A stretch of 64,000 nt of DNA, from the NCBI RefSeq assembly GCF_008831285.2, contig NC_045138.2:11408001-11472000 (forward strand), in the 5' to 3' direction. The DNA comes from Nymphaea colorata (Eukaryota). Below the pieces are notes generated by a model. It did no database searches. It worked only from the letters and a program-made list of their open reading frames with translations, and was not told where the DNA came from. Position 1 is the stretch's first letter, and the number at the start of each line of letters is the position of its first letter. A program made the position numbers and the translations under genes. Positions 25,661-37,059 of the stretch are shown in pieces.

Positions 25661-27463
25661 AGATGTTCATTGTTTAATGCTAAATTTTGCTCATTCATTT
25701 TGTTTTTTTATGATATACTAACATTGTAGTTTGCTTGTGGTGATGTATTTTTTGTAGTTTTGAAGATAAGGAGGACTCTTCTGGTGACGAATTAGCATGA
25801 TTCATATTTCATTGTGGTAAAATGTTATAACATTTCCTTGACATTTTATAAAATCTCCTTGACACACATGAGTGCCTTCAAATTTTTTGCAAGTGTCCAT
25901 AGAACATAGCTAGCTCCACTCTAGCATAGCAACATGCATGCCCATCAAGGATAATTTTTGAATAAAAGCATTATATTTGTTTGTGAGTTCATTTGGTTAT
26001 ATTAATCAACTTAGCCTTTTATATGTCTAGGTTTTATTGAATTAATTTTTACTTTTGTTTCCTATCGTTGCTCTTGTAGGTGAAATCCAACTTTGCCATT
26101 GGGCCAGGGCCATTGCAAGTGCAGGAGCAGCAGGACTGCAATCATGGTGGACATAGAGGATGACTGCAATCATGGTGGACATAGAGGGTTATTCAGATTT
26201 GTTAGTGAAACATGTAAATAGGCCACTGATTATGTGATTTTCATTTGTCTATAGACCCCTTAGAGAGTTATTTAGATTTGTTAGTGAAACATATGTAAGT
26301 AGGCTCACTCATTAAATGATTTTCATTTGTCTATAGACCCAAAAAAGGGTTGTTCCTTGTTCATTGTTGTGTCTTATTTGAAGCTTTTTATTTCTATTAC
26401 TGCTTGTTAAATCACATTGAACCGTTGAATGATTTTATATTGCAATGGACTGAGGTGATCAATACTTTACAGAATGGTGTGATATATGCTCTTTGCAGGT
26501 GATACTAAAGTTCTTTTTGCAGACAGTGTTTTGAAATTTACTTGATATGGGAAAATTAAGCGGAGGAGATTTTTTATTACTGAAATTTCTATTTATATAG
26601 TAGACTTAGAGGCTGCCCTACTTAAAAGACGTATATCACTTTCTGCTGTTCAAAAGATATTGGCATATTGCTGAGTGAACTCAGTGACAATTACTTTGCA
26701 ATTATATTGCAAAATGAGTATGACTGTTTGGCCAGCGCATGTAAAAGTGAAATTGTGTCAGTGCTAGCAGAAGCCACCAAGGACAGATCTATTTCAGAAA
26801 TTGATATTTGCTTTTTCAACAGGTAAAGAATACTTCGCAAGTTTGCAATCCTGTTTTGGTTCTTTTGTTTGACAGTTCTCCAGGCATAAGAATTATCAGG
26901 CGTAAGAATTATTAAGTGTTAATGCTTTTGCGCTACTTATGTTCTTTTGTTTGCAGCACAGTTCTTTAAACATAAAATTATTTCTTTTGCACTACTAATA
27001 TTCTTTTACGTGCACTAAAAGTTCTCCAAACATAAGAATTATTGATTGATCCCAGCAGAATTACAATGTGAATATTGATTGATATGTATCATGGTAGTAA
27101 GAAGGTATACCCGCCCCAAGGCCCGGCCCAACCCGCCTCAAAGCCCACGGGCCGGGCCGAGCCTCGGGCATAAACTGAAGCCCGAGACCCGATGTTACAT
27201 AAGCCCGGCCTAACCCATTTAGAATGGCGGACTTTCATTTTTACATTTTTATCAGGGGCGGGCCGGCCCGGCACAACCCGACCGGGCCCTATGCTATGAC
27301 CTTGGACGTAACCGATTTTATGCACGTACGTTGGCGATTTTATATTAACAAAATAAACCTGTAATTAATTGAAAAAATAAAGGTCAAACAATGCAGAGTC
27401 TTTGAATTCTATTAATTCGTTGATTTTGCTTTTGTTTGACATGGGGAAGTGGACCAAGCTCTT

Positions 27464-28987
27464 TCAGCCTGCTGGAGCGATCCCATTTGAAGCTCCCATG
27501 GCGGCGTTTATGAACTGATCCAGCGCCGAGGCAGATGACTGCACCGAGCCATGACGATGGTCACCGCTCCTTTTGCTTCTCACGGCCCTCGATATCATCT
27601 CCCTGAATCGACCGGCCTGCCTTCTCAACTCCTTTCCCCCCTCAGTCTCGCCCATCACCAACTTCACCGCTCTCGCCACTTGTTCCCTGCTGATCTCCGC
27701 CCTGTTTCCCCTCGCCACCTCTACGCACACGCCCATCTCCTCCACCAGCATCTTCGAGTTGTAGAACTGCTCAGCAGCCATGGGCCACCCTATGATGGCC
27801 ACCCCATAGCTTAGACTCTCCATCACCGAGTTCCAACCGCAGTGGCTCAAGAACCCACCGGTTGACTCGTGAGCCAGAATGGTGCATTGGGGAGCCCAGT
27901 TTTTCACCACCAACCCTTGCTTTGCCACCCTCATCCTCTCCTCGAATCCCTCTGGCAACCATGCCGGTGATCTAAGGTCTTTTTCCGGTTTAAGGTACTC
28001 GGCCGGTGGCCTCACCACCCATATGAAGTTCACCTCGCTCTCCTCCAATCCCATGGCGAGCTCCTTCATCTGAGAAGAAGAGATGGTGCATTCCGAACCA
28101 AAGGAGACGTAGAGAACCGAACCGGGTGGGTGGAGATGGAGCCAGTCGGTGACCATCAATTCCTCTTTCGAGACGCCTGGTTTTTTCCGAAGTTTTTCAT
28201 CGATCGTGGCCTTCGACAGCTCTGTGCCATCAAAGAGGAAGCTAGAAACCAGAGGACCGATGCACCAAACCGGTTTATTCCCACACATGACTCGGAGTCT
28301 CTCCACCCCCTTCGTCTCGATCTCCTCCACCGAGTTCACCAGCATGCAGGATGATCTCAGACTCGACTTTATGTAAGAGCGGTAAAGGACGGAGCAGTAG
28401 TCTGTGCCGTCTGCGGCCTTGATGTTGTCATTCAGTTGTGAGCGGTGGAGTCTGATTTCCGGGAAGCCCGGCAGCTCGAACTCGTCGGAGCCCGAGTTCA
28501 GGTTGGGGAGGTGCAACCACATGGAGAAAGTGGTGACGGTGGCCTGAGCCCCGCAAGTGGTGAGGACGGCGTGGAAGATGCCGAGCTTCGCGGCGACGTC
28601 GACCGACCATGCGCAGAAGGTGTCGGAGATGACGGAGAGAGGTTGGTGGTGGCCGCTGTTGGCTGCGGCGATGCCGGAGAGGAGCTGCTCGAAAGCGGGT
28701 CGGAGAGTGAAGGTGGCGCCGAGCAGACGGTTCTTGAGGTGGGAGGGGAGAGCGTCGGTGCACTCGCCGTGGGGAGGGAGGCCATGGACGGTGGGGTCGA
28801 AAGGGAGAGCGGCTAGCTGGATGGGCATCGAGGGAGAGAGCATTGATCGGAGTTTGGGAAGGTTGGAAGGGGTGGTGGCGATGGTGATGGTGTGGGATGG
28901 GTGGTGGTGGAGAATGAGATTCGCGAGGTTCACGAAGGAGTTGAAGTGGCCCTGAGCCAAGAACGGAAGCATCACTATCTGCCCCAT
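27464..28987 (-). CDS. Family-1 UDP-glycosyltransferase, UGT92-like (group M), 507 aa, intronless
   Basis: Intact ORF from MGQIVMLPFLAQGHF (catalytic His). Contains VLYVSFGS and a complete PSPG box WAPQCTILAHESTGGFLSHCGWNSVMESLSYGVAIIGWPMAAEQ. The following FYNSKMLVEEMGVCVEVARG resembles UGT92A from recall; not searched. Confidence 0.95.
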   Translation of the reverse strand: MGQIVMLPFLAQGHFNSFVNLANLILHHHPSHTITIATTPSNLPKLRSMLSPSMPIQLAALPFDPTVHGLPPHGECTDALPSHLKNRLLGATFTLRPAFEQLLSGIAAANSGHHQPLSVISDTFCAWSVDVAAKLGIFHAVLTTCGAQATVTTFSMWLHLPNLNSGSDEFELPGFPEIRLHRSQLNDNIKAADGTDYCSVLYRSYIKSSLRSSCMLVNSVEEIETKGVERLRVMCGNKPVWCIGPLVSSFLFDGTELSKATIDEKLRKKPGVSKEELMVTDWLHLHPPGSVLYVSFGSECTISSSQMKELAMGLEESEVNFIWVVRPPAEYLKPEKDLRSPAWLPEGFEERMRVAKQGLVVKNWAPQCTILAHESTGGFLSHCGWNSVMESLSYGVAIIGWPMAAEQFYNSKMLVEEMGVCVEVARGNRAEISREQVARAVKLVMGETEGGKELRRQAGRFREMISRAVRSKRSGDHRHGSVQSSASALDQFINAAMGASNGIAPAG

Positions 28988-29044
28988 TTTTCCTTTTGTA
29001 TCAGAGAGAGAGAATTGCAGGGGGGAAAGATACACTGTTGTTGG

Positions 29045-29052
29045 TATTTATA
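29045..29052 (-). promoter_or_regulatory. TATA box of the UGT gene
   Basis: TATAAATA on the minus strand, 57 bp upstream of the ATG. Confidence 0.75.
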
Positions 29053-29235
29053 AGAGCCAAAGTGTGGGGAACACATCACAGCATCCTGCAACTTTTAACA
29101 GATTTGACAGATTGTAAAGTTGGGATCTGGCGGACCCCCGATGTTTGTTGTAGGTACAAAAATTATATGGCAAGGTTTTCTGCCATTTTTCTAACGGACT
29201 TCTTGTTGAGGAGTTTTAAAGCCAAGCGTGGGAAA

Positions 29236-29238
<3 letters not shown>

Positions 29239-29327
<89 letters not shown>
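29239..29327. repeat. (AT)~44 microsatellite in the UGT promoter
   Basis: Read directly, about 250 bp upstream of the ATG. Confidence 0.97.
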
Positions 29328-29331
<4 letters not shown>

Positions 29332-30729
29332 GAAGAGAAAGAGAGAGAGTTGATATAATGCATATCATTGTGCCAAGTAAAAGAAAGATATATATATATA
29401 TATATAACAAACCAGATAATCATATACCAAATTGTGCTCATATGAAATTTGATGCATTTAACCAAGAGAAATTCACAAATAGTCCACAGCGCATATGTTG
29501 GCGCTAAGGCTGCTAAGTGGATATAAGATCATTTATCTTAGCTTAATATTGTAAATATATTCAATCTTTTTCTAACACTAACAATGTAAAGTATACTATA
29601 TAACTCTATTATCAAAAAGTATCTCTTATTTGACTTTTTGATAAATTTACAACTAACAGGTTTAAAATGAAATTACATGTTAAATGATATGTGTCAAGTC
29701 TGGTACGGAGCAATTTCTAGCACTTTCTCTTTCTGCTATGACAGTGAAGTCATATAGTCATAGAACGTGATTAAATCTGTTATTCGTTCCTATATAGCAT
29801 ATCTTGCTTTAACTGTAATTCTCTTTTGGCTACTTATTGTCACTTTTGAGTACTTTTTCATGTTGGTTTTTCTTCTTTAATTGAAAATTATATATATCTT
29901 GAAGAATAAGAAATGATCATACCCGAACGCAGGTTTATGGCCTTTTTAGACTTTCTCTTCATTTCAAATTGCGGTTTCTTGGTTGCAAACTTGTAACAAT
30001 ATCCAGTCGGTATTTGCGATGTCAACTCTAATTGAATAATTATGATAGACATGGTGATACTTCAGACTCTATTACAAAAGATGAAGGTCCTTATTGGAAT
30101 CATTGTTTGCCTGTTGTCAATACATGAAAATGGTCATGTGTAATAATTTTCAAAAGGAGATATCCGACGGTATTAATAGGTCAAACTATCACCTTGTACA
30201 TATAAAAAGCAAAGCTGAACATTGTGACAAAGTAGAGAAAAAGATCTAAAAAAAAAAAAAAATCTTTGAAGACATCATGAGCTTGGAGTTTCAAAAACTG
30301 AATAAAAAATAAGAGACGAGCAAGCACACATGTGATTTAAGTTCTAATGAAGTTGATCATGAAAATGATGCAATGATGGTATCCAAGTTGAAATGAAAAC
30401 ATTTTTCCAATAACTTCAACTAGGGATGGATTGGGGCATGGTTTGACAAGAGGAGGCACACATATTGTTGTAGTCATCAAGTAGCCTACAATTACAAATT
30501 TAAGGTAATTGAATTTGAAAGAGAAAAATGATAACCAAACAAGGCAAAGTTGTTGGACAAACAAAGTTTAAAAATGGATTGCCAAAAGAAGTGAACAACC
30601 ACAAATGGTTGCTAAAACTCCAATAATAAATTGTCATTGCAGATAAATTGTTGCTACTGCAATGCAGAGATTGTTTTTAAGAACAAATTTTAGTAGTCGA
30701 ACAACATTCGATGTAATATTGTACTTTTT

Positions 30730-30732
<3 letters not shown>

Positions 30733-30766
<34 letters not shown>
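30733..30766. repeat. (CT)17 microsatellite
   Basis: Read directly. Confidence 0.95.
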
Positions 30767-30770
<4 letters not shown>

Positions 30771-33241
30771 TGATGGTTGTTGATGCTGCCCCACGTTGAT
30801 GGTTGTTGCAGACATCTCTATGTATTTGAACAATGAGTTGAATACACTGTAGTTTCATATTTTTTCCTATTTAAACCTGAGTTTGTGAATATAAGTTGGA
30901 TTGTACAATATCCAATTTGGCCAGCCATATTTGTTAAAAATCCTTTTGACATCTCTAGTTCTACCCTGAAGATACCTTCAAGGTTCGTGTTTCCTTGTTT
31001 AATTCCAGTGACTAGCCATATGGCCGTTATGTTCGGATCACACTAAAACTGAAAAGGTCAACATGAATCATCTTTTCCCAACGTATACATGTAGAAGCCG
31101 CCTAAAGTTTTTAGCTTAGCAGATTAACAGTTCTCCTAGAAACTTAGGCAGTTTTTCATCAATAAGTACGTTAAACTTGTAACGCGACTTTGTAAATTAA
31201 TAATTTGACGAAACTGTAGACTTTTGTTAAATAGTCTCAACTAAATGCAGTTTGATTGCCAAGGGTTAAAACCCCTCGTCCTTCTTGATTTTCGAGAACC
31301 AATTGAACCATTCGAACAAGTTGGGAGCACATCTGTCACCCTGTTACTAGAAAACATTGCCCTCGAGGCTGCCGTACAATCCTCTTTTTTGTACATTTGT
31401 CACCCTTCTTCAGTATGATGGTGCCTTTCAATCGACGTCGTGATTATTGTCCTGTTCGTATGAGCGGAGGGGGGAGGGGGGGCGCCAACCCCACCTAATT
31501 AAAAAAATAATACATTAAAAATATTAATTGTGTAATGTATTTTTTAACTACGATTTCTCTGCAACATCTGAAGTATCCGGCGATGGCTTCAATTAAATAA
31601 ACAGAAGAGTAACGTGAATTCTGAAGTATCCGGCGATGGCTCCAATTAAATAAACAGAAGAGTAACGTGAATCAGACGACGCAAAGTTAATCCAAAAGGA
31701 GGAAAGGCTTCCAAAAGAAACACAAAGTTCAAGTAATCACAAATTGAGATCGATCGGTGATCTCGAATATTTTTAAAGTGCATGCATGTTGCAAGGGCAA
31801 AAAGTGTTCGGAGGACGTGCTTCTTGTTTTGTAAATTGGACAATTTCTAGTAATTAATTGTTTTTAACTGTCGTAAGCGTCAATCTTGGTGCTTGAGGCC
31901 CTACATGAATTTGACGTTCTGAAGAGTGCCCCATTAAAAAAACTAGATAGTTATTCTTGTGACAATCGTGGATCATATTCCTAGATCTCGGATTTAGATA
32001 ACGAAAAATAATGTTTGGACGTTTCCTTTTCACAGGAGGTTTTATATCCATGGACAGCAATTCGTCCAGGTAGCTTTGTTGATATCATATTGATTACGGG
32101 GAGAACAGAGTTTAATTTGTATTGCTGTTTAAAAACAAATAGATCTTTGCTTTGACGAATCAAAGGGAAAAAATTTGTTAATTAACCTTTTTGTGAAGTC
32201 AAAAAATCAATTAAATATTACAGCAAATGTGCAGGCCGACATTTCTAATTACATATATACATCTAAACAATGCAAAAGTAGATCCATAGACTAAAACGTT
32301 CATCGTTTTTTACGAAACTCCCTCCTTAAGGGGCTTTGGTACTAATCTCTTGCTTACCTCACCTTGTGGGCACGAGGAAATAAAGTAGTTGGTATGCACA
32401 TTAAAAAAATATTCATTCCCATGACACACTCCAAAAAAACATTAAATTTTGAAGTGGAATGCATGTGACTGTTCCATGCATTTACAAAAGAAAATTGACC
32501 AGATTAGTTGGACACATTAAATGTTACTGTGAGTTGGACACATTAAATGTTAATGTGACAATGTGAGGGATGCCAATATATTGGATTAGAAGCAGATATG
32601 CCCTTAACCATATCTATATCTACTTCGAATTAGGATTCAAAATAAAAGTCATACCGAATATGAATTCGAAATGCAATTTTACAATTTTAATACGATGATT
32701 GGCCGCTGTGACATTATTTGATGCCCCCTTCTATATCAAATCAACAAGTTGAAATAGCAAACCGATGACTACAGTTATGTTTTGCTGGCATCAGCACCTG
32801 AACATGCTTATGAATATATATTCACATCAGTCTTTAGGGGATGGCCTCGCAACTGTCACCGGCATGGACTACATCTGATACTACCCTTTTCTTTCCCTGC
32901 CTAGGAGGTAAGTTTCGCTACTTGTAGGTCCCACCGGGTGATGTTTAGCTGGAGTTGCATGCACCTGCCTGTGCACGCAACACATATACACAGCTAAAAA
33001 AAAGGAGAGAAGGTTGGGGTGTTTTAGAAACTTTTGATCATGCCGAGTACTTTTTTAGTCTTTTTATTTTTTTTATAATTTCCATTTTATCCTCTTTTTT
33101 TTTCACTTTATTAAGGGTCATTACACACGTAACACACCCTGTGCAGGGCTGAGCATATAACCAGCTTCGGTTAAATACTGGACCTCTTTGGTCCGCAAAG
33201 TCTTAGTCTAGCTCCTTCTATTGTCCGCTAAACAATCATGT

Positions 33242-33663
33242 TAGGAATGTCAACAAATTTGATTCAATTCATATGTCATATTTTTTTTATGTTTATGTAT
33301 ATATTTAGATTTGAATTCATATTCGAATGTGAATGAAGAAAGACTATAACATGTTTGAATCTGTACTCACATGTTTTGATCTATATCACAATCCAAATCC
33401 AATTTTAGATTCATATCTCTGAATCCCACTATAAACTGAATTATAACCATACTACGAACCAACTCTCAAAATGTATGTACGTTGGATTAAGATATTTATT
33501 TAAAACTAAGTCTGATCTGAATCTTACGCTTTGAATATGATTGGACTTACATTATTTAAATCTGAATTCGACTGAATGTACCTTTTAAATCCAAACTCGA
33601 TCAGATTTTTTAATCGGAAGGTTTTTTTTTTCCATATCGGATCGGACCTATTGAAATCCATTA
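33242..33663. mobile_element. Degenerate hAT-type MITE
   Basis: Ends TAGGAATGTCAA / TTGAAATCCATTA resemble the TAGGGATGTCAA-type hAT TIR. Interior carries GGAT/ATCC/GAATC motifs. A related left end lies at ~32566. Confidence 0.55.
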
Positions 33664-33751
33664 CGATCATGAATGCAACCATCAGGCAGCCAGCTACTTT
33701 TGATCCATTACGATCATGAATGCAACCATCAGGCAGCCAGCTACTTTTGAT

Positions 33752-33943
33752 CAGAGGCATTGCCAAGGGTGGCCTCCATGGATCTTGGCCCACTTTAATT
33801 TTTTTTTTAAAAAAAGTACATCTAAATTTTAGAAAATTTTACTTAATCTATATAAAAAATTTGAAAAATGATATTTGGGTCTGTGTCAAAATTTAAAAAC
33901 TTTAATTCGACCCGTCATAAAAAAAAATTCTAAATCGGCCCTA
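33752..33943. mobile_element. Degenerate ~190-bp hAT-type MITE
   Basis: Ends CAGAGGCATTGCCA / TAAATCGGCCCTA resemble CAGGGGCGGAGCCA-type TIRs around an AT-rich core. Confidence 0.45.
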
Positions 33944-34722
33944 CCAGCCCCTTACATGCATGGGAATAAATTGCATCACATCAATCATTTACTACCAGAT
34001 GTGACCAAATTGAAACAAAAAATCCGTCAAAATTGAATTTTAAAAGTTGACACATGCACGGGATCTGCTTTCCACTTAGACCGCAGTCATGTTTTCCGAT
34101 CGAGCTGAAGTAAATTAGGGCGGTTTACTATGCTTAACTATAAAGAGAAATACACTGACCACTCCGGCTAATCAGATTAAGGTATACTTTCGATTCACAG
34201 TGCAACCAATCACCTGTTTCCTCAACATCATATGCCAAGGTGCATGTGTATTATCTCCTAGAATATTGTTGTGCTACTGACAAAATTTTTTCCTTTAACG
34301 AGTAGTAGCCATTAATTAAATCATTCTGGATGCTACTTTCTATGGACAAATCTCAAGCATCAGTAACTTGAATGCAACAGAAGGAACCCAAATTAATGAA
34401 TCATTTGCATGGTGGACGGCAGAAATATAAACTTGGAATGACAATTAGAATGAGAACAGTTCTGGGTTGAGTTTTGTAGGGTTGAATAGGAGAAATTTTA
34501 TCGAGTGAATAGAATGTGTAGTGGATCGATGCATTGATCAATGAGAATCTTTCTACAAAGTGATTTGGGTATAGATGGTCAGCACGTTCAATTTGTTAGC
34601 GTTCAAACCAAGGAAAAAAATCAGTCGATCATTGACGTCTACGACCACAGATAACGCTTCTAGGAACGGCCCGGAATCATCTCTAAAGGTGAGTACGACT
34701 ATTCCTAAAGGTCAATTGGAAT

Positions 34723-36203
34723 GGTTTTAAAAACCTCGGTTTGTAAGATTCGAGGATCTAAGATCCTCAGATCTTAAATCAGCCTCGGATCTAAGATCCG
34801 AGGCCATCAAACGCTACCTGAAGGAATGGCTTGATGACCCCCAAGCAGAGAATGTACTTTGCAGTATTGTTCCATGGGCGGATGAAAAGACTACTAATTG
34901 GACATTGTATCACAGCAACGAACATGAGCTTGTAAATGTTATAATTACAGCAATAAGCACAACTGGAAACTCAGACACAGTGCCACACCAGAAGAATCAT
35001 TATTTCTACAATCAATCTGGTCCAACAATGCCTATTCGATGCTCTTTTCTTATTCACAACTGAAGGGTTGCCAATGCCATCCTGAAGAAGTTACATTTGC
35101 CAATGCATCACAGGTAGTGCAATAGTTTATTTATATGTTATGGTTAGAACTGGATTGTTTACAGTATCAATTTCTTGGAATGATTCGTTGATGCTAGGAA
35201 CATGGCTCTGTGGGCTTGTGCATACTATCGATCTGGTACTTATGCATGCCCATCTCCTGGCTACTTGCAGGTTATCTGGACTGCATGCTTTAATTCTTGA
35301 TGTTTGCTCTAATAGGTAGGAAAGTGGTTTCAATGGCACTGCATGACAATGATAGCGATTCAGCACAATGTTTGTCCTTGTCCTGAGTTTGATGCTTGTT
35401 TGGCTTCTATGGCATAGCTTGTCATTTTGTATTGTGTAAACTAAGAGATAATCCCTTGTATTCTCAGAAGTATTCACTAATTTAGCTTTTCTCTGTCCCT
35501 TTTAAGTATGGAAACACTATACATGCATGGTTTCTACAAATGGTCTCTCTGCCACCCTAGGAAAGGTGACTTGAAGCACATACCAGCAGTTGGTGAAACC
35601 CGTAAATATAAGTTATGCACTGTAGTACTGCACTTCTTTTCTCCTGAACCTACAGAACTGTAATTTTGTAAGAGACACTTACTATCATTGTACCATCATA
35701 CCGTTCTCGCCTCAAGCATCGGATACAACTGGTAATTAATACCTGAAGAATACCATTAATTGATATAACATTGTAAACAACCCAGTTCTCTACGACACTA
35801 CCCATGATGCATCGAAAAACGTAACTTCTTCGGGATGGCACTGGCAAACATTCATTTATGGATAAAAAAGACAGTATCAAATAGGCATTGTTGGACCAGA
35901 TTGTGTGTACAAATAATGTTTTTTCTGATGTGAGATTGCGTCTAAGTTTGCAGTTGTGCTTATTGCTGTAGTTATACATTTATACATTTACAAGCTCAAG
36001 ACTGATTTCTTTGCTGTTATACAATGTCTGATTAGTAGCCTTTCCGTTCGCCCATGGAACAATGCTACTAAGTGCACTCTTTTGCAGGTTGTCAAGCCTT
36101 TCCTTCAGGTAGTGTTTGATAGTCTCATATCCTAGATCCGAGGAAGATTAAGATCCAAGGCTCTAAGATTCTTGAATCTTAAACATCAAGTTTTTAAAAA
36201 ACC
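34723..36203. repeat. Long inverted repeat: ~450-bp arms (34723-~35170 and ~35760-36203) with a ~590-bp spacer
   Basis: Manual reverse-complement alignment. Examples: CAATCTGGTCCAACAATGCCTATT, ATTGTTCCATGGGCG and TACAGCAATAAGCACAACTG each have exact complements in the right arm. Confidence 0.93.
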
Positions 36204-36464
36204 TCGTCTGATGCATCAAAACTATATATATCTTTCTCTCTGTATGCCCTCAACAATGAAGCCATGGCAGTCAAGAACCCACGGACGACCACAACTAGGA
36301 TGATGGTGACTCTCTCTCTCTTGCCAGAACCCTAGAACCCTTGACAGTCCTAAAACCCTTGACTAGGGTTTCAAAGTCCGTCTAAAATCCTCAAAGAGTG
36401 TTTCAAAATTGTTTTGAAACCCTTGACATGAGTTTCAGACTCGAACAAGGAGACCCTTGACAAA

Positions 36465-36527
36465 ATTGAGGGTTTCAAAGTCTTCACAAAACCGAGGGTT
36501 TCAAAGTCTTCACAAAACCGAGGGTTT
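36465..36527 (+). repeat. 25-bp tandem repeat (GAGGGTTTCAAAGTCTTCACAAAACC-like)
   Basis: About 2.5 near-perfect copies within a GGGTTT/AAACCC-rich segment (36330-36550). Confidence 0.8.
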
Positions 36528-37059
36528 ATTTGAAACCCTCAACAAAACCCAAAGTTATTTTGGGTCAAAACCACAACCCAAATCAATTTTCAATATTCTT
36601 GCCAAATTTTGAAATCAAATTTAAATGACACATTTCCAACCAAAATAATGGTGTTCCATCTTGGAAATTTTTCAATTTTGCCCAAACTCCTAAAGGCAAA
36701 TTGAATTTTCAAATAAGTGATCAAAATAAATTAATTTTCCAAACAACTTATCCAAATTTTATTCCAATTTACTTAAAACAAGCTTAAAAATTTTTGTTCA
36801 AAACCAAATTCAAAATGAATTTTCAATTTCAATTTCAACCCTCTATGCACAAGCATATAGGATTGCATCAAATGACTTGTACACAATCCAAAAAATGTTT
36901 AATCCTTGGACCGATTACCCCTATTAAAGGCAGCATAAACAATTGGATCTCGTGCCAATGGGCGGATCCCTTTCTCTTGAAATTTTTTCTCAAAACTCAT
37001 TCTAAAATTCTTGCTGATTCGCATCGATGCCAAGGATGGGGTGGAATGCGAATAATATC

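Larger units (their letters stand above)
24402..27304 (+). mobile_element. Internally deleted Ac/Ds-type hAT element
   Basis: GGCCC/CCCG-rich subterminal regions at 24414-24580 and 27110-27290 enclose a 3' transposase fragment. Termini match only loosely and no TSD was found. Confidence 0.75.

Noticed and set aside
24394..27312. 8-bp TSD for the deleted hAT
   Set aside because: The flanks CTAAATGA and GACGTAAC do not match, so the exact termini are unconfirmed.
27551..28955. ORFs overlapping or antisense to the UGT
   Set aside because: Shadow frames of a GC-rich CDS with no recognisable motifs.
28988..29035. 16-aa N-terminal extension of the UGT in the ORF track
   Set aside because: It relies on a GTG start only ~10 bp from the TATA box. 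The ATG at 28987 gives a normal UGT N-terminus.
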